A stretch of 62,223 nucleotides of DNA, counting the filler, from Choristocarpus tenellus KU-1152 (taxonomy: Eukaryota > Protista > Phaeophyceae), in NCBI GenBank assembly GCA_964200185.2. It is 9 parts of 9 records of this genome, joined end to end, with 100 filler letters (N's around TTAATTAATTAA, not from the genome) between each part and the next. Parts side by side here need not be neighbours in the genome. Positions count along the whole stretch, not along the records: positions 23,795 to 36,555 come from CAXNAD020001713.1; positions 36,656 to 40,041 come from CAXNAD020020393.1; 7 more parts are not named here. One strand, 5' to 3'. A program made the translations under genes and the position numbers. Positions 26,553-37,130 of this stretch are shown here, piece by piece. The notes under the pieces are model-generated. The model was not told where the DNA came from, did not search any database, and worked only from the letters and a program-made list of their open reading frames with translations. Positions within the stretch are counted from its first letter, which is position 1. Each line of letters begins with the position of its first letter.

Positions 26553-26580
26553 TGTTGTTGTTGTTGTTGTTGTTGTTGTT
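26553..26580. repeat. (TTG)n microsatellite
   Basis: About 9 tandem TTG units. Confidence 0.9.
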
Positions 26581-27479
26581 AATGGTGTTACTGAGAGCAA
26601 AAGAAAAGGCGAAAATGATATGGTAATGGCAATATAATACACGAGATGGGAAGAAATGTTACAACAATAAGGTTCGCAACACTTTATGCTTAGGATTGCG
26701 TACTTCGGAGGGCTATGCTTTGAGTGGGAAACACGAGGGGACTGTTCCAGGGGGGGAAGAGGAGGGGAAGCTCTCCAAGAGCATAGGCACTATACTCCAG
26801 CAGCCCCCAAGACCATAGGAATAGTGGGGGGTTGTACCTGGGATAAACTCATGGGGGTTGTGCTGGGGGGAAAAGAGAAAACAAGAACACATGCCACTTA
26901 GCAGCGACACTGCTCAAGCGGAACCAGGAGGAAGGGCAAAACAGAGGAGTACTGTATGTTCTTTTCATGGGATGGCCTGGATTAGCAAATGGACAAGGGG
27001 TATGACGAGGAAAGGAGAACAGGAACAATCGTCACTAAACAGCCAATGCACTGAAAGGCACAGCGGAGGACTTGTCTGTACCTTGGGCAAAAGAGAAGGA
27101 GAAGCTCCATCCGTCAGCATTCAAACACACGGTATTCCCAAGTGCACCGAGAGGTAAGACGCAGTGAGGGACTGCGCCTAGGTAGGAGGGATAAGCTGTG
27201 CCTGGGAACAAGGGGTGGGCTATGCTAGGTAGTGGTGATTTGTGTCTGCCTTCGCAAAATTTTATGATGGAGTTGTAACTGCACGTGTATAGCATATATT
27301 TGGACTAACCACTCTTGTTGTTACTACTACTATTACTACGATTATTGTGTGTCACTTTCGCGTTCGAAATGTTCAACAACTGCAAGTAATAAGAATAATG
27401 AAAGGATGATACGACTCAGGGTCATACCAGGGAGGACATTAACAAATCATATATTCTGGACCCAAGACAGGGTCCAATC

Positions 27480-27528
27480 GGTTTTAATAGTAACGTCCAA
27501 GGTTTTAATAGTAACGTCCAAGGTTTTA
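27480..27528. repeat. 21-bp tandem duplication GGTTTTAATAGTAACGTCCAA x2.3
   Basis: Direct reading of two perfect units plus a partial third. Confidence 0.85.
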
Positions 27529-27879
27529 AAAAATAGGTTCACATTTTAAACGTCATATTTATAGTTTAAAATACACAGGACCCTTTTCTCGTTGGCCCGC
27601 AGACAACTCGGAAATTTCCTGGTTTCCAGCGCCTTGTAAATTGGGTTTGAGGGGTACAACATGACATCTCTCTAATATATCACTCTTATACACAAAACGT
27701 TTTTGTCAGGTAGGTGCTGTGTTGACTTGATCTTGATCTTTTCTCTCCCCAGTCACCACTTCCCTCCAAAATATCAGTGTGGACAGAGATTTATCACCTA
27801 CTCAGCGTTTAGAATCCAGTGTTCCTGTTTAGTTGGAGGTACGATATGACTAAGAAAAATATCTCGATGATAATATATT

Positions 27880-28015
27880 ATATCATGCGTTTTAAGCTGA
27901 AGAGATCATGGAGATGGGCAAGGAGGGACTTGTTAAATTCTTGAGATGCTTCACTAGCTTCTCACCCTAGAGTGCAGCAATAAGCTAGGTTGGAGACTGG
28001 TACAGCATAGCTCGT
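27880..28015 (+). mobile_element. Short 3' fragment of CRE-like non-LTR retroelement (further copies 23634-23694, 49131-49240, 61870-62010)
   Basis: Shared TCATGCGTTTTAAGCT...GATGGGC..GGGG..TT..ATTCTTG(G/A)GATGCTTC.CTA.CT block, also present at the 3' end of the longer copies at 35095 and 36735. Confidence 0.7.
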
Positions 28016-29060
28016 TGTAAAATGGCAAATAGATTAATGTTTCTCACATTTGTTACAACTGTTACTTTGTTTGGGATTTTTCTGATAGGTGAATGGTCTT
28101 CATTTGTTTTTCCCTGACACGCCTTGAAAATATCAGAAGGCATAATAATTAACTATTTTATAGCATTATGTTAATTGGAGATGATGCGATTAATACGTTC
28201 TTTTATTCCTTACCGAAATTCCAGAATTTTCCGGAATAGCAAATGACCCTCTCATTTCTTGTAACACGTCAATCTGCTAAATGTCAGTGAGGAGTAACCC
28301 TAGTTTTAGGTATGAACAGTTCCTTACGTGAAACATAAAATTATATCTATCATTGCGCAAATGCAACATCAAAGAATGCAAGCAATTGGGAAGTAAGTTC
28401 TGATTTGTTTGTATTATTAATAACCATAACTGGTAAACCTTGCCTATTTCGGAACATAGATGCAGAATTGGTTAATGTTCTTCTTTAAGATTCCATAAGT
28501 ACAATCCAACGTGGTAATATGGTCCAGCAGTTTGTTCTTACGTTTTTTTAATTGAAAATAGAATTTAGGGTTTGGGATAAGTCCTACTTCACAGAATAAT
28601 AATAATTCGTACATATATTATAATAGAGATGTATGTATACTTGTAAAATATTTTCCAAAGAATATTCGTACCTCTGAAATTATACGTTAAAGATAGATCA
28701 TGTTTATGAAATTTAAATATAATATTCAAAATCTTCTGTTACTGGTGTGGGTTATATTATGGGAACATATTCTTGATGTCATCACAGAGATACATATCTT
28801 CTCTTCTTCTTTTATACATATCAAGACAATATTTATCACACTCCAACCAAGGTTCTGTTTGTGTTATAAAATACAGATATTTCGTTTATTCGAACATACT
28901 TTGGTAATATGTTAGACCTAATTTTTTTTGTCATAATCGGTTTATAGAACAGATATAAATACCTTTCAGCCCCCTCCCCTACCACCCAGTCAACTAGTCT
29001 TTCGCCTCAGTCGCTCAAAGAAACTTCACTACCATCTTCGTTATCGATAAAACTGTGATA

Positions 29061-30546
29061 ATGAAGCTCCTGAGCATCACCGCCCTTCTTTTCGGTGTCC
29101 TTACCGTGGCGTCAGGGCAAACAGCTTCCCCCACCCCTTCACCCACGGAGCCCACAGAAGGTGTAAAAAATGCTCGAAATGTAGGGATATCCAGATAATG
29201 TTGATTAAATATGAGAGACCCACGCCTTTGACCGACTTGCTCTCTATCCCGTCTCATTAACCCCTACTACTAGTCCTAGTACAAGATGTGACCACCGTGA
29301 AGGTCAAGGCCACCGCCTTCGACAAGCGCACAAAATCACAAGGGGGCTGCAAGAAGAACGGCGGTTGCAAGCCCAAAAGAGTTTTGGTGAGTCTCCTCAC
29401 CGATGTACAATGTAAACATGCAACGCCCTGTCTATGTGTCACTTGTGTTCGACTACATACAAAGGTCTCGTGGGGAATCCAACATAATCTTCGTTCAACG
29501 CGTGCGTAGACTGTACTAACAATATCATCAATGTCTCGATCAACGACAGGACGGGAGGATCAAAGATCAGTCTCGCTGGTCATGCACTAAACTGCTTGCG
29601 GACCCTAAACAGTGCATTCTGACTCTCAAGTTTAAGAAGCGTCAGGACGTTACCAACATTGGCATTGGTGAGGCTCTGTACCTAGTTTTTGTCTTGCCTC
29701 TGGTTCCTGAAGGAGTTATTGCTTGATTGCTTGGAAATATGGGCAAGTCTGGCCTATCGGTATAGGCTACTTACACCACGCATATACATCTTGCATTATT
29801 ATCTATGATGCATGTGACAAGATGCACATGAGTTTCGATCTCATCCTTTTGAAATTATACGTGCTGGTTTAACCATAATCTCAAATATCTTGCTTGCTGT
29901 ACTCCCAGCCTTCTACAAGGGTGATGAGAGAACTCGCTCGCTGAAAATCCTTGAGAACAAGGATCTCCTAGGATATTTCACTTCTTCTGGAGACACCGAA
30001 GGCATTGAGGTATGACTGTTTGAGGTTGAGTTTTTTTATCGGCGCAGCTGACGAAGCTTTTCAGCACAAGCCTCAATAAACACCACGAGAAATCACCACA
30101 TACTAAATTTGATTTCCTAGTCAAGATCTGCTAAAAGTGAGACGGTGTTGATCTCTTCATTAAATCGAGACATCTAAATCTTAACCAGGCGACAATTTTT
30201 TGAACCCTAGCACGGCTTTTTTTTTTGCGCTTTTTTGTTGGCAGTACACCGGGTTCCGCGCTGATAACGTGAAGAGACTGAGGTTCGAATCGATCGGGTT
30301 GGACCGAGATGAGTGGATCAGTATCACCGAGGTGAGTGGAAACATAACGCACTTGAAGGGCAAGTATAGATGGTCCCTAATCACAAGTCGATTTCTTGGT
30401 TTGTGTAAAAGTTTAGAACATACTATTTCTTTATATCTTGCCTTAGATCTTTGCTTCACTTCAAAAACGAGGTAAAATACCTACATTCCACTTCCCTCTC
30501 TGCAATTTGTTCACGTCAATAGGTGAAGGTTCTTGTCGCGGCATAA
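29061..30546 (+). CDS. Small secreted protein with one CBM32/F5-8-type-C-like (galactose-binding fold) module, ~180 aa, 6 exons (29061-29160, 29274/29280-29386, 29550-29667, 29909-30009, 30245-30331, 30523-30546)
   Basis: Signal peptide MKLLSITALLFGVLTVASG, then a TASPTPSPTEPT linker, then DG..SRWSC..C.LTLKF...IAFYKGDERTR...FTSSGDT..E...LDRDEWISITEV, resembling recalled brown-algal CBM32-like modules. All joins phase-consistent. Confidence 0.85.
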
Positions 30547-32199
30547 GACGCGTTGCTGGAGATTACATGATTGGGCCTGTCGTCAGCCTTGCAGTGTACC
30601 TCCTGAACCTTACTCAAAGGTCCAATGGCATGTATGCTGAGTGGTTTACAGAGCTTCCATTGTGGATAGCCTTTGATGTGTTATCGACCACGACTTCTTC
30701 ACTGATTGAACAATCGCCAAGAAGTCGTGGGATAAGATTCATTATTCCTTTGCCTTGCGGTCCTGGACAAATTTTAGTTCAGAGCAATCTTGAATTTGTA
30801 GGTGTGCCTCACGTGGATATGGAGTGTAGTATAGTCTTTTTATTGGAGGCACTTTTGTGAAAGTTTTTGACTTTGCAATATCCTTGCGATCACCATTTGA
30901 TGCTTAAGTCGATAGCTGTGAATCTGAACCTTTTTTGTTTAGAAAGTATTTTGTGCTGCTGATTTTTATCTCTTGTGGTGCAATTCCTCCGCAATATTCC
31001 TAGTAGTAATTTTATTGATGTGAAGGCTGCAGTAGGGAGATGTTTCATCTTTTGTGTGTGGTGTTGATATGAACATCGTATGTGGAATAATTGTTAATAA
31101 TATTTGACAAAGCAAAAAAACTGCTACAATTGATGGGTCTTGACATGAATCTCCTTACGTGCATTTTATTGTTAATTGTCTACATCACCAAAGCGCAAAT
31201 TTTATTATGGCAAGCGTTGCCCACACTCAATCACTACAATCAAGTCGGAAAGTGAGGGTTGAGAGTTGACGTTGTGTGTATATGTATAGCAGGAAAAGTT
31301 CACACACAGACAAGTTTCTGACTTCCTTGGTGTGGCCACTCTAAATTGTATCAAAAGGACCCTGTTCTCCAGACGTGAAGGGTACGTATTTTGTTTTCTC
31401 TACTCAATCTCCTCACCATTCTTGAAAATAAAGAACTATAGGATTGGTTGTTGGCATGTTGAAATGGACACTTTTGGTGGGAAGTATGAACAACAGTTTA
31501 TTTTTCGTGTAGCACGAAGAGTGGAGTATATTTTCTGCACTCGTGACGCATCATATATGCCGAAATATTTTGAAATCACAAGTTAACCGCCAGTATTTTA
31601 AACAAAACTAAATGTGTGTGTGCTCCATCCCAAACGTTAAATATAAACATTTTTTCTCCGTTCGTAATCGTAACGCGCCTTTTCCAAGTTCCGTTCTCGC
31701 TAGGTCATAACCCTCTGGATGAAGCCTAGTTCTCATATATGTCGGGGGGCGTGAAAATTTTGAGATAGTGGGTTGTCATCATCGTGGAGGATCATCTGCC
31801 CAAAGTTGACCAATTGGCATTTGATGGGTTTCCAAAACCTTATGGAAATGTCGAAGTTGGTGTTTATTGGGATGTCTAGGTTGAACGCCCCCCGTCGTTT
31901 GAGTGGCTCGCTCATTCTGTCGTCGCAAGGTCAGTCCCAATTCTTCGACTCAGAAGTCTGTTCACGGTCAGGACTGAAACACCCCGACAAAGAACAGCGT
32001 GATGGCTCGATGCGTAGAGGTGAAAGGGTGCGAGACTCGGATGCCTCAGGGGACGGCAGTGTCCATTGTGGAGGACTTCGGGTATCCCGAAGGACCACGT
32101 TCCATCATCCGAAGGAGTATGACAACCAGATTGCAAGGGGGGAATGCATGGACCTTACACAATGTCGCAGGGGGTGATGTAGCCTCCGCATAAGTATCT

Positions 32200-33110
32200 T
32201 TGATGTCCCATCGGTACACATTCTTCCACAAATGGGTGGCCAAAGCTGGGATCTCCCTTTTGCCTCGTTGTGGGATATGTGCAAGCGCATGAAGTGAAGG
32301 TGAAGCGGTTGATTATGCCAGCCCTCTCAGACCGGCAGAAAGTCAACAGGGTGGCTTTCGAAATGAACAACACACACAGGAGGGGGGGAATGGGGATTAG
32401 TGGACGATCTATACACGGCTGTGTGCATGCCAACGAGAAGTGACATTACGTCCTCAAAGATGGGTTAGGTGTTTATCTGCACCTCACTTAGGACCCCCTC
32501 AAACCCCCATAGGCACAGAATAAGTGTTTCATTGCGAAGGTGATATTCCTTTCAGGTATGGGTCGCGCTAGGAAGCTCTCCAATGATGGGGTGTGGTTCG
32601 ATGGGTAAACCAGGATCTGACCAATCGTGGACACTATAGTTGCTCTGTGCTCCACCAAACACCGCCCCAAGGGCACCAAGGTACTTGTTCCAGCCATGAT
32701 GGACGGGGAGAGGTGTAAGAAGTTCATGATGGAGGATGTCATCCCAGTAATCAAGGCCTGCATGCCCAGGTCGGAAGGACACACCATCTTCGTGCAGGAG
32801 GATAGGGCAAAACCACACACCAAGGGGCGGATCATGGAGGCAATCAAGGAGCATTCGGTGATGACATTGTTATAGACACCGAGCCAGTTAACTCACCTGA
32901 CCTCAACGTCAATGAGCAGAGATTATTTCATTCCATCCAGGAACTGAAGGAAGACGTGGGAGTGACCTACACAGAGGAACTGGTGGAGGCCACAATGGAG
33001 GCATTCAATGTATATCCCTGGGAGACACTAGAGTGCGTCTGGCAGAGCCTCTTTGCAGTCTACGGTGAAGTGCCGTGGTCCAAAGGTGCCAATGTCCTCA
33101 AGATTCCCCA
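32200..33110 (+). mobile_element. Tc1/mariner transposase pseudogene (plant/oomycete mariner type)
   Basis: Decayed motifs IMPALSDRQKVNRVAF, VHANEK* (VHVDEKW), NKCFIAKVIFL, WFDG, KHRPKGT, VIPVIKACMP, IFVQEDRAKPH, PVNSPDLNVN, YPWETLECVWQSL, GANVLKIPH, with several stops and frameshifts. Confidence 0.88.
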
Positions 33111-34114
33111 TCATCATCATCATCACTGAGTGAGATAGGTACATGCTATGAAATCAAAATCCTAGCAGATTAGGCAATCATGCATGTCGCAACACCAGAT
33201 TGGGCGTCATTTCAAGGAGCTCCCTACTAGCAACAAACTACACTATGCATGAGAAAATCCCTTTTTTGTTCCCTCTCGTAGAACCAAATGGACAAAAAAA
33301 AAATGAAATTTCCGTATATATTTTGGTGCTGCTTTAATATCTCTTGCAAGTACTCCAAAAAAACATTTCATAAACCTACTGGAACAAACTCTGTGAACAT
33401 GCCACCTGCTGCCTCCTTTTGTTCAATATCACTTACATATATTTTTTCACCCTCATCAAAGCTGGCTCTACCTAGTAACCTTACAAACGCTCTTCTTTTA
33501 AATAGATTGTTGCTGTGCAAAAATGAACAACCCCAATGGTATGTGATACCCACATTTACAAGCTCATTTTGCTTGGAACAAGGGTCTGTGCTCACGGCAC
33601 ATCCTATACTCTACCGCCCAAGAACAGGTGTCTTGCTGCCGTCCTGTGTACATTCAAACAAGCATGGTGGTTTTACTTACGGTAGTATATCCTTCAAGTC
33701 CTAGATATTGTATGGTAACTTCTTGACTATTTTTTTACTATTTTTTCATTGTGATGTCATATCTAGCTTATATCTTTTGTTCAGTCCATTTTGAATGCCC
33801 CAAAGTAATGAAGTAAATAATTGAAGAGAAAGATCCAGCACATTTGATGATATTTCCATTAGGAAGCCTTCTACGAGCCTTATCATTTTCCTACAGGCTT
33901 GTGGGATTGAGCTACATATCCAATCACATTAAGCTTGAGGTGCATTTTGCAACACATGTAGACTTGTGAAGAAATATAAACCGCAATACTGATGATAATT
34001 GAGCCTATGACATATCCATCGTAAAATGTCAAATGGGCAACTCTACGTACACAAATTCCGTAGGTGTACCATACAACAACATCATGGTCAGGTTTGTCGT
34101 GTGACTCATTGAAA

Positions 34115-34292
34115 ATCTCAAAGTATCTGGGAGGGGGGGTCAGGGGTCTACACCAGGGTGTCCATTCGAGCTCTGGCCAGGAGATTAGAATTAAATACAT
34201 ACAACTGACGCATGCAACCAAATCGCCCAAAAATCGCGACATGGAAATATGGTCCCCGAACGGACAGCTGCCCCCCCCAGATACTTTGAGTC
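34115..34292 (+). mobile_element. MITE family B, complete ~178-bp copy with poly-G/poly-C subterminal tracts (partials at 12060-12140, 23795-23893, 40142-40178, 54978-55050, 55151-55212)
   Basis: TIR CTCAAAGTATCTGGG...CCCAGATACTTTGAG. TSD not clearly readable. Confidence 0.85.
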
Positions 34293-34743
34293 AAACATCA
34301 CGAAAAGAAAAATTCTATGTCCTGTGTCCTGATGCTGTGATGCCTGGAGTGAAATGTACATATATATTTTTTTACTCACTGACGTTTTGCAGGTCTTGTC
34401 CAGGTATTTTGGAATCGCCCCCCACTATTGCACGTAAAATATTTTTAGCCTTGATCTTTGTCTTTTCCTCCCTCGACAGATTTGCAAGATCCGCCTATGT
34501 TATCATTTGCGTTGTAATGCTGTCGACGGATTCTCTGACTCGTTGTGACCTGCCACTCAGGCGGTCCTGTTTTGGAGGTTGGTAAAGTGGGACGAAGTAG
34601 TGTGTCCCTCACTGCACTTAGTGCACAGCTTTTTTTGATAAGTGTTGGTCGAGTCGGCGCTGGGGTATGACTGAGAGAAAACCATTGATGACATAGGTGG
34701 AGCTGAATGTACCACTGGAGTCAAAGCAATTGAGAGGCACACA

Positions 34744-34970
34744 GGGTTCCATCTTAAGGGTATCAAGAAAGGGAAAAAAGACGCCTTTTTGTACAATTGC
34801 AGAAAGAGCTTCTGCTTAATTGTGGTGTCGCTTTGTGTGTGAAGAGGACGAATACCATTTTGTGCGTACACTATTGTGCATAAAAAAAGTAACGAAATAG
34901 AGTATTGCACAGGGTAAGAAGATGGCTTAGAATGCAAAATGGTCCAAACCTGCCTAACCCTCAATTGGTG
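34744..34970 (+). repeat. Solo arm of foldback repeat family (also 47792-48020)
   Basis: Shared GGGTT.CAT...GTGGTGTC.CT.TGTGTG...CTATTGTGCA...GTATTGCACAGGGTAAG.AGATGGCTT.GAAT..AAA...CCAAACCTGCC. Confidence 0.7.
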
Positions 34971-35094
34971 TTGCCCATTTCTTGTATTTAAATTCATAGC
35001 ATCATACCACTCACCGAGTACTGTTTCCAAGTCAGGAATAAATGGGTGCCTACACTTCTAGATGTTGCTTTTTGCAGAGGCCCAAGCGGCTCAT

Positions 35095-35465
35095 CATCTA
35101 ACACACTCGCCAATCAGCAAAGGTGTAGCTGCTGCTGCAGCTGAGGCGGGAAGATGATCCCACTATGAAGTATCATTTTACCCTCGGAGTTATAATCTCA
35201 ACACCTTTGTCGTGGAAAGTTTTGGGCGCCTTGGTAAGCATGCAGAGATTTTCCTGGAGGAGTTGGCCACCGAAATATTATGGGTGAGAAGTGCTGGGGG
35301 ATATTGCAAGGAGGGCTTGTTAAGCATCATCGGAGGCAGATAGTGTCCTTTACTGACAAGTGGCTCTCTTGAGACGTATCATGCGTTTGAAGCTAGAGAA
35401 AATGTGCAGTTGGACAAGAAGGGACCTGGTAGATGTTTGGGATGCTTCCCTAGCTCCTCAACCAC
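35095..35465 (+). mobile_element. 5'-truncated CRE/RLE-type non-LTR retrotransposon 3' end
   Basis: Translation AAAAAEAGR*SHYEVSFYPRSYNLNTFVVESFGRLGKHAEIFLEELATE...QIVS..VALLRRIMRLKLE resembles the restriction-like endonuclease C-terminus (ESFGRLG motif). Confidence 0.7.
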
Positions 35466-35710
35466 CTTCACAGTATGGCTGAGTTATGTTAGAAGCATAG
35501 AAGCGTAAACATTACTTAGTAGAGCACTATCATCAGGGGGATATTGTTGTATACTTAGTTATCAAATCGTACTACCTCCTTGCCATAAGTCTGTGCCGCT
35601 TTGTCCATAACGTTTGAAGATGTTGATGAAATTAATTTCTGAAAGAAGATTTGGAATCCTTGACAAATTTCTGGTCAGGGTCACCTCTTTTTCTTATTAT
35701 TAATCACCAT

Positions 35711-35970
35711 GAGCCAAAGTATCTTAGAGGGTAGAGCTGCGTCCATTTGTGGGTCGAAATATAATGTTGCGATTTTGAGGTAATTTTGGCTATCGTGTTT
35801 GTTAGGAAGTGTCAATATCTACGTTTCAGACACACCTTTTCATAACATATACATTTTATCTACTCCGAAACATTTTGGAATAGGAAAATGTCATAAAAAA
35901 CCCCATGGGAAGCCAAGCCCCAAATGGACAAACAGGGCAAAATTCATTACCCTCTAAGATACTTTCACTC
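35711..35970 (+). mobile_element. MITE family A copy
   Basis: GAGCCAAAGTATCTTAGAGGG...CCCTCTAAGATACTTTCACTC. Flanks (C)CAT / CAT. Confidence 0.9.
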
Positions 35971-36158
35971 CATCCATTACAATTTTATCAGCCATAGATA
36001 AAGCCTCTGCATGTCTACCTTCAGCGTGTTTTCAAGCTCACCAGACAACTGCCTCTTCCTTACCCCTGTGTGCTCCACACTGAAGCCATTCCCCCCTTTG
36101 TATCCAAGTACTTGATTTGTACACCACAAAAAGGAGCTGCCCAGCCCTCTCAAGTGTG

Positions 36159-36419
36159 GAGTAAAAGTGTCTTAGAGGGTCAGAGTTTTGCCCTGTTTGT
36201 CCATTCGGAGCTTGACTTCCCACAGGGGTTTCTTAGGACATTTTCCTAATCCAAAATGTGTCGGAGTAGGTAAAAATGTGTATGTTATGAAAAGTTGTGT
36301 CCGGAACAAGGATGTTGACACTTCCTAACAAATACGATTGCCAAAAATAACTAAATATCACAACATTGGGTTTTGGCCCTCAAATGGACGCAGCTCTACC
36401 CTCTAAGATACTTTGGCTT
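36159..36419 (-). mobile_element. MITE family A copy, TSD TGTG/TGCG
   Basis: Reverse-orientation full copy. Flanks differ by one CpG->TpG change. Confidence 0.88.
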
Positions 36420-36734
36420 TGCGGTTTCATCATACTCCTCCTACTGTTTCTTAATGACCTTCACCATCTCCTCGACTGACCCAAACCACGCCCCCATCAC
36501 CCGGCATTTCAAAGACCTGAGGAATCACAGGTCCATGATATTGAGGTCGGGGGAGNNNNNNNNNNNNNNNNNNNNNNNNNNNNNNNNNNNNNNNNNNNNT
36601 TAATTAATTAANNNNNNNNNNNNNNNNNNNNNNNNNNNNNNNNNNNNNNNNNNNNTTGATTGTTCCATTACTCCATACATATTTTACCGTAACTGTCCGA
36701 TAGAGTTGGAAGAGTCTAATCGAACACATCTCAC

Positions 36735-37130
36735 CTTCCACACTCATCCACCAGCAATGGCGTAGCTGTTGCTGTAGCTGAGGCTCGAAAACGCTCCCAT
36801 TACGAAAGGTCTTTTGACCCTCGTGGGTGGAAAGTTTTGGGCGCCTCGGTAAGCAAGATGAAATTTTTCTCTGGGTGAGGTAGCTACGTACATGTTAGGG
36901 GAGAGAGACAGGAGCCTACCAGAGGAAAGGGGCTGTCAAATCCCGTCTACGCCTACGCCGTCACAACGCAAATAACCCTATCTAGACGTGTCATGTGTTT
37001 TAAGCTGGAGACACCAAGAAGATGGGCAAGGGGGGATTTGTTAGATTCTTGGGATGCTTCCCTACCTCCTCACCCTGGGATGCAGGACCAAGGTAGGTTG
37101 GAAGCACACGAGGGGAGAGGTGTAGCATAG
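36735..37130 (+). mobile_element. Second CRE/RLE-type retroelement 3' remnant
   Basis: AVAVAEARKRSHYERSFDPR..VESFGRLGKQDEIF, paralogous to 35095-35465. Confidence 0.7.
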
